Positions 1 through 12,905 of a stretch of 64,000 bases of DNA are shown one piece after another (positions within the stretch are counted from its first letter, which is position 1; every line of letters starts with the position of its first letter). The notes under the pieces were generated by a model, which was not told the origin of the DNA, made no database searches, and saw nothing but the letters and a program-made list of their open reading frames with translations. The stretch comes from Octopus sinensis. Its lineage: Eukaryota. The stretch covers positions 11,656,001 through 11,720,000 of the forward strand of contig NC_043002.1 of assembly GCF_006345805.1 (NCBI RefSeq), in the 5' to 3' direction. The translations under genes and the position numbers were made by a program.

Positions 1-546
1 ATGTATCTGTATGTGTGGTTTTGTATATGTGTATGAATGCATAAATACATATGTATATGCATCCACATATATGCGCATGCGTGTTAGTAGTTACGCTCAC
101 GTGCATGTATGAGTTTCTATACTTGTGTGTGTATATGTATGCGTGTGTGAATGTGCATGTGTGTATGATAGTGTGTGTGCGCGTGTGTTTGTATTAGTAT
201 GTGTGTATGTACATAGGTGAAATTACTATGCATAGATATTCCAAGCCATTTCCATATTGTACTTCAGAAAAGAAGTTAAACAATTTTTTACTCAAACGAC
301 GTGACTAACGTCCGTATCCTCACCGTTCTTCAATTTTATTTTCGTTATATAAGGATTCCTTACACAGCAATGAATTTTTTTATATTTTGGTAAGAAATTT
401 GCAAGAAACTGTCAGGCACTTCAGTATATCAGTTGGCATATGAAGTAAATAAAAATTTGCATGTTATCTCTTTCATATTCTGTCTGTCTGTCTCTGTCTG
501 TCTGTTGTCTCTCTCTCTTTCTCTATCTGTGTGCATATATATATAC

Positions 547-834
547 GGCGAGCTGGCAGAATTGTTAGCACGCGGGCGAAATGCGTAGCCGTATTTCGTC
601 TGCCGTCACGTTCTGGGTTCAAGTTCCGCAGAGGTCGACTTTGACTTTCATCCTTTTGGGGTCGATTAAATAAGCACCAGTTACGCACTGGGGTCGATGT
701 AATCGACTTAATCCGTTTGTCTGTCCTTGTTTGTCCCCTCTGTGTTTAGCCCCTTGTGGGTAGTAAAGAAATAGGTATTTCGTCTGCCGTTACGTTCTGA
801 CTTCAAATTCCGCCGAGGTCGACTTTGCTTTTCA
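547..834 (+). mobile_element. SINE family A (tRNA-derived), dimeric form, 3'-truncated
   Basis: Head GGCGAGCTGGCAGAA..., B-box-like GGGTTCAAGTTCC. Body is shared with about 10 other copies in the window. After tail ...GTAGTAAAGAAATA (773) the sequence restarts inside a second monomer (GGTATTTCGTCTGCC). Confidence 0.85.
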
Positions 835-1314
835 CGGCCTACAAAAAGCAAAGATGTGGTTTAAACAAACCCCAGAATGAGAATGAGAATTACAAAATCC
901 TGTGGCACACAATGATCCAGCACGATCCCTTGACCAGGCATCGGGAACCGGACATTGATGTGGTGGTCAATAAAAAAAGGAAGAACATGTACGATAATCG
1001 ACATGGTATGCCCCAGTGACAACAAAGTCAATGTGAAAGAAGAAGAAAAAATAAACAGCTATGATGATTTGAAGTGGGAAATATAAAGGTTGTTGTCAAT
1101 GAGAAGAGTAGAAATGATAGCAATAGTAATTGGTGCCCTTGGAAGTATCAGCACTCAACTGAATGAAGCAAATGGCTGCAAGTGTGTAGGTAAAACACCT
1201 ACAAAAATCAGCATTGTTTGCAACTGCAAGAATTTTTCGCAGGGTTCTTGAAGCATGACCAGAAATCAGCTGGCTGTGGACAATTGACACTTTCCTTCAT
1301 GCCCAGCAAAATAT

Positions 1315-1315
<1 letters not shown>
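835..1315 (+). pseudogene. 3' fragment of an R4/Dong-type non-LTR retrotransposon (restriction-like endonuclease domain), ending at a (TAA)n array
   Basis: Frameshifted translation ENENYKILW..IQHD..RHREPDI..IIDMVCPSDNKV..KEEEKINSYDDLKWEI..VIGALG..LQKSALFATARIFRRVLEA matches the PD-(D/E)xK RLE C-terminus. (AAT)n follows at 1316-1393. Confidence 0.75.
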
Positions 1316-1346
<31 letters not shown>

Positions 1347-1350
1347 AATG

Positions 1351-1393
<43 letters not shown>

Positions 1394-1394
<1 letters not shown>

Positions 1395-1545
1395 CCTTTC
1401 TAGTATAGGCACAAGGCCTGAGATTGAGGAGGGAACAAGTAGATTTCATCGGTTCCTGTACATAACTGGTGCTTATTTCATCGACCCCTGAAAGGATGAA
1501 ATGCAAAGTCGACATCGGTGGAAATTGAACTCAGAACATAGGGAC
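1394..1545 (-). mobile_element. SINE family A fragment (type-2 tail)
   Basis: CCTTTCTAGTATAGGCACAAGGCCTGA...AAAGTCGACATCGGTGGAAATTGAACTCAGAAC is the reverse complement of the family A body and tail. Confidence 0.75.
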
Positions 1546-1654
1546 GGACGCCTGGAATACAAACGATTTTTCCAGCTAACCACCTAAATATTAAGAACAA
1601 CAGCAGCAGCGACAATAACAATAAGAAAACAATAATGATAATAATAATAATAAT

Positions 1655-1778
1655 TCATTTCTTTATTGCCCACAAGAAGCTAAACATAGAGGGGACAAAC
1701 AAGGACAGACAAAGGGATTCAGTGGGTAACTGGTACTTAATTTATCGACCTCGAAAGGAGGAAAAGCAAATTCGGCAA
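1655..1778 (-). mobile_element. SINE family A fragment (type-1 tail)
   Basis: TTTCTTTATTGCCCACAAG..CTAAACATAGAGGGGACAAACAAGGACAGACAAA matches the type-1 tail seen at 715-773 and 5066-5130. Confidence 0.7.
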
Positions 1779-1799
1779 TTATAATGATAATAATAATAA

Positions 1800-1944
1800 T
1801 GATAGCCATGTTGGGAGCATTAAGGATTCTAAAGAGGGTGTTAGATAGTCGAAGGAGAAGGAATGACCCGAAGGTCTTTTGGCCATTGGATATGGCTTGC
1901 TCTTTTGGTATAGCGTCGGTATAGCATCTGCTGGAGCAAAAGCG
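1800..1944 (+). pseudogene. Extreme 3' end of a second R4/Dong-like RLE element between TAA and CTA/TAA arrays
   Basis: Translates IAMLGALRILKRVLDS, the conserved last helix of RLE ORFs. Flanked by triplet arrays on both sides. Confidence 0.55.
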
Positions 1945-1945
1945 G

Positions 1946-2023
<78 letters not shown>

Positions 2024-2027
<4 letters not shown>

Positions 2028-2495
2028 TGATTTCATTTATTTGCCACGAGGGCGACTAGGAAAGACGAGACATATCCACAGCATACAGAGGTACAAAGAA
2101 AAATTGGGATGGGTGGGGAGGAGGTTGATAGAGATGTGGTCCTCCTGATACAGGAGCGCCTCTAGGGATAATTATGGAACCCCACCGTCAGAGATTTACC
2201 CGAAACCTCACGAGTAATTGGCCTCTCCAATAATTTCTCTCCGACTCACAGGTCTTCACTTCGAGTGTTACCATCCACTCTTGCCATTTCCACCTTTTAA
2301 TAAACGCACTCGAGGACAGCACTTCCCTCTCCACTCTCATTTTCGTTTTCAAGTGAAACTCGAAGAAGTCAATGAGAGCTCTACCAAAGAGGAATGTATC
2401 TGTCCTCATGCCTTTCAGCCTTGTCCACCTTTCGCCACAGACATCAGGCAAAGAAAAACTGCCTTGTCTGGCCGAGTGAAGGAGGGCGGCGGTGC
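2024..2495 (-). pseudogene. 3' fragment of an L1/Tx1-like LINE ORF2
   Basis: Minus ORF 2188-2451 (WTRLKGMRTDTFLFGRALIDFFEFHLKTKMRVEREVLSSSAFIKRW) resembles the Tx1-type ORF2 C-terminus. It is followed by an AATAAA-containing 3' end running into the TAA array. Confidence 0.5.
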
Positions 2496-3074
2496 AACAA
2501 ATAATATAGACACCAGTACATATTTGGTACTGGAAGAATTAAAAGTAAAATTGTCGTTACTAAGATTTGATCTCGGGAAGTAAAGTGCGGAAAAAAATAT
2601 GAAGGTCACATTAACCGTTTCTGCCGTAAGAATGACAACAGACTTAGTAAGCAAATTTTCTCTCTCTTATTTATGTCAGTATAATATCATTTTGTCATTG
2701 ATAACACATAGTTCTACTAATAAGGATATAACAATGTGCAGCCTGTTGAAATAGCATTTATCATGGTGAAATCTGTAGCGGAAGGTGAAAGCAGTAGGTT
2801 TTTTCTCCTCATATATCATGTGATAAGCTGAGGATGTCCAGATGGCTTCTGATTCCAGCAAGCATATTCGACCAGTTCTCTGTCACATTCTGCCAATGTG
2901 GACATGTTATGCTGTATATCGTACATGCATGTTCGATTCGGCAGCCAGACATACATACTACACACACACCCATACACATACACATACAAAAACACACACA
3001 CATTCACACGCATACATATACGCACATCCATACACACACATGTATGCATGTTTTACAAACAAACACACACACAG

Positions 3075-3470
<396 letters not shown>

Positions 3471-3659
3471 GGTTGCTATTGTGGGTATGTGTGGTTTTTT
3501 GCATTCATAAATATGGATAAATGTTATCCGTAATCATACGACTGGAAGAATATTTTCATACTGAGACCGCGTTTAATTTAACATCAACAATTACTTATAT
3601 ACATTCCGCCGATGCACACAAGCATTTCACATAGTATGTACAGCATTATGTATATATAT

Positions 3660-3746
<87 letters not shown>
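3660..3746. repeat. (TG)n microsatellite
   Basis: Directly visible, about 43 units. Confidence 0.98.
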
Positions 3747-3747
<1 letters not shown>

Positions 3748-4258
3748 ATCTACGCTTATACACACATATGCACATACATATATACAAGCAAATATATCCT
3801 CATATTTCATGTCGTACGCTAACTCATACACAGAAATACAAAGGCGCATATACTCAGCCACGAAATCACGCAGTCACACTCATTGCATATATATTTAGAT
3901 ATACAGATAGTAACAATATATTGGTTGCAATAATAAAAATATCTAGCACGTGATCAAGCCAAAAATATTTCTTTTGGGCTTAGCGTTTTAGTAGCAAGCT
4001 CAATAAAAGTTTAAAATAAGTACGCTCAGTATAATTAAATGAGTATAGCTTTAACTATGAAACACTTGAAAAATGATATTAATCTATATAAATATCGAAT
4101 TAAAAACACCAACATATGTTATATTATTTCTAAACTCAAGTTTCGTTATTAATTAAATGTCTGATATGATCACTTGCGTTCTGACACAATGAGTGAAAAA
4201 CTTTCTGGTTATATGTACTTGGTGTTCAAGAAGTTTAAAATTTGTGTTGAGGATTATA

Positions 4259-5670
4259 TTGGGTTGGCAAGAAAGTAATTTCGGTGTTTTAGTGTGAAAT
4301 AAGTCATATTTTTCCTTCGAAGAATTAACTTTAATCAATTCTGTATTTTCTATTTTGTTTGCTGACCTTTTGCCATCTTTCTGGCAACTTCATGATTCTG
4401 CACTCATAGAATTCCTGGTCCTTATCAGCCAAAAACTGAAGCACGTGCGACTTCGGGTCGTTATCATTGCTGAAAGTTTTACCATACAAAGAATTTTGCA
4501 AACTTCGAAATAAATGATAATCTGATGGTTCAAGGGAAGGGCTATATGGTGGATGCGACATCACTTACCAAACGACCCCCAATAATTTTTCATCATGTGT
4601 GGTCTAGCGTTGTCATGGTGGAACACGATTCCTTTACAATTTGCCAATTCAGGCCGTTTTTTTCTTTGCTTGCTTCTTCCAGTTTCATTAGTTGTTGATA
4701 GTAAACATCTGAATTGATTGTTTGGTTCCTTGGAAGCAGCTCAGAATACACAACACCTTTGTAATCCCACCAAATTGATAGCATGACCCTATTTTTAATG
4801 CAATTCAGCTTTCGACGTGGCTTGTACTGGTTCTTTACGGTTAAACCATAATCGTTTTCTATTAGTGTTATTCTAAACAATCCATATTTCATTACCAGTG
4901 ATGATTCGTTTCAAAATTAGGTCGATTTCATTGTGTTTGAGAGACCTATCGCAAATATTGATTCGTTGTGTTAAGTGAATTTCTTTCAACTTATCTGGCA
5001 CCCACAAATCCAGCTTCTTAACGAGTCCAAGACATTTTGAGTAATTTTCAATTGTGTGTAATACTATTTCTTTACTACCCACAAGGGGCTAAACACAGAG
5101 AGGACAATCAAGGACAGACAAACGGATTAAATCGATTACATCGACCCCAGTGCGTAACTGGTACTTATTTAATCGACCCCGAAAGGATGACAGGTAAAGT
5201 CGACCTCGACGGAATTTGAACTCAGAACGTAGAGGCAGACGAAATACTGCTAAGCATTTCGCCCGGCGTGCTAACGTTTCTGCCAGCCCGCCGCCTTTTG
5301 TGTAATACATTTGTGTGTAATACATTTAACTTCTCTGCAATCTCTCGGACAGTCATATGACAATCAGATTCAATTATGGCTTTGATTCGGGCATCATCAA
5401 CTTCAGTAGTTCAACCAGGACACTGGTCATCTTTGAGTGAAACATCTCCACGACGGAATTTTTAAAAGCATTTCTGACATGTGCGTTCTGTCAAGCAAGT
5501 AACACAATAAACTTCACATATCAATATCTGACCCTCAGCAGCAGAAATAAATCAGCAAAATATGGCGATAATGCTCGTTTATGCACTTCATGTTAATATT
5601 CACACTGAACTTATAGCTGTAAATAAAATTACGCGCAATTTGCTTCTAAAGTAAGCTGAAAGTAACGGTG
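4259..5670 (-). mobile_element. Degenerate mariner (DD34D) transposon with frameshifted transposase, interrupted by a SINE
   Basis: TA then TIR TTGGGTTGGCAAGAAAGTAATTTCGG at 4259. Minus ORFs carry WVPDKL (WVPHEL motif), ITGNEIWIV (TGDEKW), MLSIWWDYKGVVY and HPPYSPSLEPSDYHLF. The 5' TIR was not found. Confidence 0.9.
5066..5295 (-). mobile_element. SINE family A monomer (type-1 tail) inserted in the mariner transposase
   Basis: Full head to tail. Flanked by the direct repeat TGTGTAATAC (TSD-like; present twice on the right side). Confidence 0.9.
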
Positions 5671-6098
5671 ATCACATGTGGGAAGGAAAAAAATCATAAC
5701 ATTGACAAAAGTCATTAAAAAAATCATAACACTTTGCGAAAAGCAATTTACTTTTTTGCGAACTCAATATAAACGAACAGGACGAAGGAAAGGAAAAAAA
5801 AAAAAACAGTTGAAAATAGCATACAAAGAGCGTGGTACACGAATGTCTCCACATCAGCAACTATATCATTCAGGGGCTGCTTTCCAGAAGGCGCTTGCAA
5901 AGGATGGAGCACTTAACCAGTGGACCGTGTCCTTTCCACAAGAAGCAGAAAAGCGAACACTCCCGTCTGGCCAAACGTGGATTGGAGCAAGGCACAACGG
6001 TATTGCAACTCGTATTAATGGTTCTTTCCGATTTTGCTATAAAACCAGCAATTTTGGGAGAAGCGGGAAAGTCGCTTACAAGCACACCAGAACTCAAA

Positions 6099-6234
6099 CG
6101 GTGCCTATTTCATCGATCCCGAAAGGGTAGATTGCACAATCGACCTCAGCAAAATTTGAACTCAAAACAATTCGCAAGAAATGCCGCTAAACAATTTTGT
6201 CCGATACCCTAAAGATTCCGTCTGCACACGACCT

Positions 6235-6235
<1 letters not shown>
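6099..6235 (-). mobile_element. Diverged SINE family A fragment
   Basis: TCGATCCCGAAAGG..TCGACCTCAGCAAAATTTGAACTCAAAAC..AAATGCCGCTAA. Confidence 0.6.
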
Positions 6236-6284
<49 letters not shown>

Positions 6285-6293
6285 GTAATTGTA

Positions 6294-6859
6294 TTGGGTT
6301 GTCCGGAAAGTTCATGCCGATTTTTAAAGGAAAGAAAAAGGTCAATAAATACTTGCCATTACATTTTTAATCAACCATATATGAGCAATTTTGTTGCACA
6401 ATACGTATCCATCTTTCCTTTAACTTGAAAATACCCTCTTCCCAGAACTGAGGGGGTTTCATGGCAAAAAAATCATCAAGTTGTCTTTTTATGTTATTCT
6501 AGGAATATAAATTTTTACCATTAAGACTATTCTGTAGAGACCTGAATAAGGGGAAATCCGAAGGAGCAATATTTGGTGAATATAGAGGATGGGGTAACAC
6601 ATCGCAGCCGAGCTGCAGCAATTTTTGTCTGGTTCCCAAAGCTTCAAGTGCCGAAAATGAACTTTCTTATCTTCCATTTTAAAGGGTTACAAAATTAACA
6701 CAGGTAATAGGCATATAAATCTTGTTCCCCGAAAAGATAGCTTAAACAGTGCTCTAAATGGAGGTGTAGTCAAATCCTATTTTATGGACTCAACCATGTT
6801 CTAAAATAAGTCGAAAGGTAAGCTACTATAAATCGGCACGAACTTTCCGGACAACCCAT
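6294..6859 (-). mobile_element. Mariner-derived MITE (about 565 bp, internally deleted)
   Basis: About 30-bp TIRs TTGGGTTGTCCGGAAAGTTC(A/G)TGCCGATTT and TA TSD. Retains the transposase start MEDKKVHFRHL fused to the C-terminal remnant. Second copy at 20717-21281. Confidence 0.9.
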
Positions 6860-6861
6860 TA

Positions 6862-7245
6862 ATAATCCTTTCTATTATAGGCACAAGGCCTGAGGTTTGG
6901 CGGGAGGGGACTAATCGATTACATCGGCCCCAGTACGTAACTGGTACTTATTTAATCGACCCCGAAAGGATGAAAGGCAAAGTCGACCTCGGCAGAATTT
7001 GAACTCAGAACGTTGCGGTAGACGAAATACTTATTTCTTTACTACCTACAAGAGGCTAAACACAGAGGGGACAAGCAAGGAGAGACAAACGGATTAAGTC
7101 GATTACATCGACCCCAGTGCATAAATGGTACTTTTTTTATCGACCCAGAAAGGATTAAAGGCAAAGTCGACCTCGGCGGAATTTGAACTCAGAACGTAAC
7201 GTCAGATGAAATACCGCTAAGCATTTTGTCCAGCGCGCTAAACAA
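6862..7245 (-). mobile_element. SINE family A dimer (type-1 monomer plus type-2 monomer)
   Basis: Same internal junction (AAAGAAATA|.GTATTTCGTCT) as 547-834, located at about 7031. Ends in the GGCCTTGTGCCTATAATAGAAAGGATTATT tail. Confidence 0.85.
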
Positions 7246-7327
7246 GTAACTGTAATAATGTAAAATGCATAACACAATTTTATCCATTATTCACTTTCGT
7301 CCATATTGATCCAATTTCGACTGTATA

Positions 7328-7772
7328 TATACATACATAATTACATACATACATACATACATACAAACAAACTTACATACATACATACATACTTGCATAC
7401 ATACAAACATACATACATACATGCATACATACTTACATACTTATGCACATACTACATACATACATACATACATACATACATACATACATACATACATACA
7501 TACGTACATACTTATATACATACATACATACATACATACAAACATACATACATACATACATACTTACATACATACAAACATACAAACATACATACATACA
7601 TACATACATACACAACATACATACATACATACATACATACATACAATACATACATACATACATACATACATACATACAAACATACATACATACATACAAA
7701 ATACATACATACATACATACATACATACAAACATACATACATACAAACATACATACATACATACATACATAT
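7328..7772. repeat. (TACA)n tetranucleotide microsatellite
   Basis: Directly visible. It is the source of the YIHT/MYVC ORFs. Confidence 0.98.
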
Positions 7773-8569
7773 ATATGTACTTAAGTGTGTGTGTGTGAAA
7801 TTTCATAAATCATTGAATTGTAATCTTTTGTGTCGTCACGTGAGCATAATCTATATTCTATGGTTAAGTCAACGAGGAATTTAGTTACGCGACAAAACGT
7901 ATCTAGTTTGAACATCTTGGACAATTTTGATAAAAATATCTGCTGTATGAAAATTAAAAGATTGTCGAATTAGTAGCAATGGAAACAGCTATTGTAATAA
8001 TATATTGTGTGAAAGGCATCTCGTAGCTAAGGAATGTATTATTTAGAAGTCAGTGGCTTTGGATAATCTAATACAGAACCAACAACAAAGGCTAACGCTT
8101 TCTGGAGCCAGGGATGTAATTAACTCAATTCGTTAGCGGCTCGGCTGTCGCCTCTGTCGTCATTATTTTACAATATATACTTGATGGAACGAAAAATAAA
8201 GACGTGGAATGATTTTAGCTTGTATATGTTGTTACGCGTTGTGGATAGAAAGACGTAGATAGTTGTGGGTGTAAGTCTCCTCGATATTTTATTAAGAGAA
8301 TAATCACTTCCAGGCCATGATTCTTCTAAATTAATTGCTCATTAAATATTATCTTTGATATAAGGTTGCTGTTGGAGATCGATGGAATTTAACCTGTCAA
8401 CTATTCCTTTCATAGCCTGTTTCCGCCATATTAGCATATATGTTTCGCTTAATTTCGTTCACAGTTTATTTTCCTAAGGTCGTTTCATATTTATTAAGAT
8501 CATTGCGACTAATCAGAAGATCACAGCGTGGCTAACACGATCATTTCAAATGATCAAATGTTCACTTCA

Positions 8570-8610
<41 letters not shown>

Positions 8611-9240
8611 GTAAAAATATGGAATTTCAGCATGTAGACAGTCGTAGTAAATTTAAAATGCCATTGAACTTTAAACATACAGACAGACTGTTAGATAGCA
8701 CATAATAAGCTTGTCACCAAACTATTTAGCAAAAATAACATATTAATTATCGAGATAGCATTAGGAACTGAGAAAGGTGAAATGAAAAGCTAAGGAATTA
8801 TATTGATCGAGATGTGGAAATAAAGAAATATCTTGGTAGTTAAGAAATGCGTCTAACAGTCTATTTATAATTGGTACAACTGGAATGAGACAGTTTGAAG
8901 CGTAATAATTTATTTACTATTTCAACAATGGAAAATTGAATTATTAAAGAGATTTTATTTGAATGAAAGATATAAATAGTGTACTCAGTTGTGCTGTTGT
9001 TGAGATCTGATTCTTGAGAGCTTTTGTGAGCGGTAAGAATATTCTAGGTATGAACAAGATCCGTGAAATGGAGAAATTTTGAAGGCAGTATTTTAAGGAA
9101 GGCTGCACGTTCTTATCTAAGGAATTTAGTCAAGTTAGGTTGAAGAGGGTACTAGCATATTTGTGAAATAACTTGCTTTTAATAGTGGACCTCGATGGAG
9201 GCTTAATATCGAACGAATGTGGTGCTGTCAATACATGTTG

Positions 9241-9306
<66 letters not shown>

Positions 9307-9310
<4 letters not shown>

Positions 9311-9510
9311 ATCCAAATATGAAAACACAAAGAGAAAATAACAACGCGAGGACGTGGAACAAGTATAGTGTTATTGGACGCTCAGGAAAGGAAGGAAAGA
9401 AGGAGGATTTAACGTTTCCAGCGGAGCTCTTCGTCAGAAACATAGGAAAAGGAAAGATCCAAGGAAGGGAAGACGGAGGAAAAAAATCGCCAACGGTAGA
9501 CACGCTGTCG
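9307..9510 (-). mobile_element. Penelope-like pLTR fragment, family H1, with degenerate hammerhead at 9407-9441
   Basis: Near-identical to 9870-10060. Minus strand GTTT-CTGACGA-A-GAGC-TCC-GCTG-GAAACG-TT-AAAT has a mismatched stem II closing pair. Abuts (TA)n. Confidence 0.65.
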
Positions 9511-9966
9511 GGAATAATTACTATGAAGCATTGTGTAAAATAAATTGTATAAATGATCGTGGGCAAGGTCAGAACAATGCGAAATAAATGCATTAATTCA
9601 TATATTTTTTTCTTGCGTTTTACCTTTCATTTATTTCGCATTATTTGTCCTTACCCACGGTCCTTTATAGTATATATATATATATATATATATAAAGATA
9701 GGGGTGAAAAATTGAATATTAATTTGATTAATATCAATTTAAAACCCGTGGTCTAACATATTTAAAAATCTGAAGATTCAGAAACATTATATTACATACA
9801 TATAAGAGGGATGACCACTAAGATGTCCACTTAGTGGTCATCACTCTTATATGTATATATATATACATAGTTAATCCAAACATGAAAGCACAAAAAATAC
9901 AACAACGCGAGGACGTGGAACAAATATAGTATTATTGGACGCTCAGGAAAGAAGGAAAGAAGGAGG

Positions 9967-10001
9967 GTTTAACGTTTCGAGCGGAGCTCTTCGTCAGAAA
10001 C
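9967..10001 (-). ncRNA. Minimal type-I hammerhead ribozyme (family H1), core intact
   Basis: GUUU-CUGACGA-A-GAGC(UCC)GCUC-GAAA-CG-UU-AAAC. Stem I is GUUU/AAAC, stem II is 4 bp, stem III is the palindrome ACGU, and the GUU triplet predicts cleavage between 9971 and 9970. Confidence 0.75.
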
Positions 10002-10161
10002 ATAGGAGAAGGACAGATCCAGAGAAGAGAAGACGGAGGAAAAAAAATCGCCAACGGAACACACGCGGTTACAGGGAGAGTTTACGAAAAAACAAAAGAC
10101 GAAGACAGGTGGTGTACAAACAAACAGATGTATTAGTATAACGCTCAGGAATTGAAAAAGT

Positions 10162-10197
10162 CTTTTACGTTTTGAGCCTACGTTCTTCTACAGAAAA
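10162..10197 (-). ncRNA. Hammerhead-like motif with variant core (family H2)
   Basis: UUUU-CUGUAGA-A-GAAC(GUAG)GCUC-AAAA-CG-UA-AAAG. HHR architecture with U at core position 6 and a G12A change. Confidence 0.4.
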
Positions 10198-10272
10198 TTA
10201 CACAGAAAAAAACAAGGAAAGAAACAAGGAGAGAAAAAATGCGTGTAGTGGCTAACGATCTATCATGGCGAC

Positions 10273-10340
<68 letters not shown>

Positions 10341-11416
10341 GATACATTTTTATCGCCTTCAATATGTTCTCCATTTGAAGCAATGCATCGGCCCAGATTA
10401 GTTTTCTACTGTTCGAAGCAGTGCTGGAACTCTTGCGAAGTGATGCTTTTTAACGCCTCCGTCGTTTTTATCTTCCCCTCTTCCACATCTGCAAATTCCT
10501 TAGCACCAGCTTTCGCCACCAGTAATGACCAGTGATGACCTTCCGAATATGGTCCAGATTAACTTCCAAATGTTCTTTCAGTTCACGACGCGCATTCAGT
10601 CGTCACTGCTTATGATTTTCTGTGAGCAAGCGAAGCACAACTTCTGCTGTAATTCTTTCCATTCACAATTCCTCGCTCAGAATTCGTTGCCACGGGCTCC
10701 GGGGTACACCGATCATATCATCAAGTTCGTCAATTGTTAAGTGACGGTCCTCCAAGATCAGTTATATGGATTTTCATGATGTTTTCATTTTTTCGTGAGG
10801 TCGACGGTCAACCCGAACCTGGTTCGGTGGCGAGCTGGCAGAATCATTAGCACGCCGGGCGAAATGCTTCGCGGTATTTCGTCTGCCGCTACGTTCTGAG
10901 TTTAAATTCCACCGAGGTCGACTTTGCCTTTCATCCTTTCGGGGTCGATAAATTAAGTACCAGGTACTCACTGGGGTCGATATAATCGACTTAATCCGTT
11001 TGTCTGTCCTTGTTTGTCCCCTCTGTGTTTAGCCCCTTGTGGGTAGTAAAGAAATAGGTTTTCAAGCGACAAGTGACCATTTAAAAAGCGCGGAGAAACA
11101 CTTTGAACTTGTGTTTTGCTCAGGGAAGTATCCTTGTGAGCTGTTTGAAGTATGACAACTGCTTCGGCCGCCGTTTTTCCCAGCAGAAAACAGAATATCA
11201 CGCAAGCATGTTGTTCCTTCGTTTCAGCTATCGCAAAAATCGACGAAGAGGGGAAAATAACTACAAAACAAAGACGCACCACATGGCTCTACACAACGCC
11301 GCCGGACGGCAAACTGATGCCTGGGGGTTGCATAAAGTGGCTATAGAGACGGAAACCCGAACTACAATGGGATTGTCCCACAGAGAACGTTTCCGGTCAC
11401 TTTTGGGTACCCCTTG
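10341..11416 (-). mobile_element. Second mariner-family relic, internally deleted, interrupted by a SINE
   Basis: N-terminus AETKEQHACVIFCFLLGKTAAEAVVILQTAH..SKTQV..RFLNGHLSLE, then PSTSR..DRHLTIDEL and C-terminal RCIASNGEYIEGD. 5' TIR-like CCGGTCACTTTTGGGTACCCC..TA at 11393-11418. Confidence 0.8.
10829..11056 (+). mobile_element. SINE family A monomer (type-1 tail) inserted in mariner
   Basis: Full head GGCGAGCTGGCAGAATC to AAAGAAATA. It splits the transposase between ..SLE and P.SG.PSTSR. Confidence 0.9.
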
Positions 11417-11583
11417 TATGTATATGTGTATATATATCTACATATATATGTATAAGTGTGTGAATATAAATATAGTTATGTGGATATATATGTACGTTTA
11501 TATATATATGTGTGTGTGTGTATGTGTGAGTATATACATATGTATCTATATCTATCTGTCTGTCTATCTGTATGTATGTATGT

Positions 11584-11622
<39 letters not shown>

Positions 11623-11945
11623 TATTTTCTGCTTTGTCTTATTTTTCTTATATATATGTATATATATCGTTGCTATTATGTTAAACTGTCGTATGTCCAA
11701 ATTTGTACAAATGCGTTTTCTTCAATATTTAATTTTGCTTGCGATAGCCGTGGTTCTTTTGGTCAAACTGTCGTATCTCCAGCTGCTTCAGATACTAACC
11801 TAAAAAAATTGTCAATATGTAGTACAACAGTTTTACTATGGAATCGTAAAACTATTTTTTCGTTTTCTGAAAAGCAACGTTTTGGAATCACTAAATTTTG
11901 CATAGTAGCAACGATACAAACACACACACACACAGACACACACAG

Positions 11946-11979
<34 letters not shown>

Positions 11980-12032
11980 ATATATATATGTATACATGCA
12001 TTTAAATGTTTACGTGTGTGTGTGTGTGTATA

Positions 12033-12365
12033 TAAAAGACCCCCTTCGGTCATGAGTGACCATGGGTTTGCACCTAGAGAGTTACCCTCTGAGGCACAAG
12101 TCTGGGCAAGGTTGTTTTATGGAAGACCAGTAGTCGCCCATGCATACCGGCCTCCCCTCTCCACGCCACCAGTGTTATCCAAGGGAAAGACAAAGGTCGA
12201 TACAGCTTGGCACCTGTGACGTCGCAACTCATTTCTACAGCTGAGTGAACTGGAGCAACGTGAAATAAAGTGTCTTGCTCAAGAACACAACACGCAGCCC
12301 GGTCCGGGATTCGAGCTCACAACCTCACGATCGTAAGCTCGACGCTCTAACCACTGAGCCATGCG
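12033..12365 (-). mobile_element. SINE family C, full length (tRNA head, CORE/V/Meta-type central domain)
   Basis: Minus strand: A box TGGCTCAGTGG, B box GAGCTCGAATCC, central TGTGTTCTTGAGCAAGACACTT..CCAGTTCACTCAGCTG, 3' tail ..CATGACCGAAGGGGGTCTTTTA. Confidence 0.85.
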
Positions 12366-12780
12366 ATATGCACACACACATGAATATATATATATACACA
12401 CACATGCGTATGTGTGTACCTGTGGCTTCAGTCAATGTTTGAAAAGTAAATTTAAAAAATTAATTCACCAAAAAATAAGCAACACTGGGAGAGAATCTAA
12501 AGAAAATATCAGATATGGCATTTCTGTCGAATATATACATAGAACAAATTTACATACATATACATACATACACACACACGCACAAACGTATGTAAATAGA
12601 TGTTTTCATGCCCCTATTCATTCATAAGTATATAAATGTATACCTATATAAACACACATTTACACACATGCACACACGCGCATATATAGATGTATGTGTG
12701 TATGGCTATGTAAGTATATATGTATATGTCTATGTGTGGCTGTATGTCTGACAGACCGTCTGTTCGTCTGTCTGCCTGAA

Positions 12781-12837
<57 letters not shown>

Positions 12838-12840
12838 CTT

Positions 12841-12871
<31 letters not shown>

Positions 12872-12905
12872 CTCTTTCTATCTATCTATCTATCTATCTA
12901 TCTAT
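12781..12905. repeat. (TATC)n microsatellite
   Basis: Directly visible. Confidence 0.95.

Larger units (their letters stand above)
9870..10270 (-). mobile_element. Composite pLTR-like element: H2 unit (10073-10270) joined to H1 unit (9870-10070)
   Basis: H1 part is homologous to 9307-9510 and H2 part is homologous to 44378-44540. Each carries an HHR-like motif. Confidence 0.6.

Noticed and set aside
5678-6212. Overlapping 150-aa and 126-aa ORFs in unique sequence
   Set aside because: No recognisable motif, non-ATG starts, and they run from a mariner end into a SINE.
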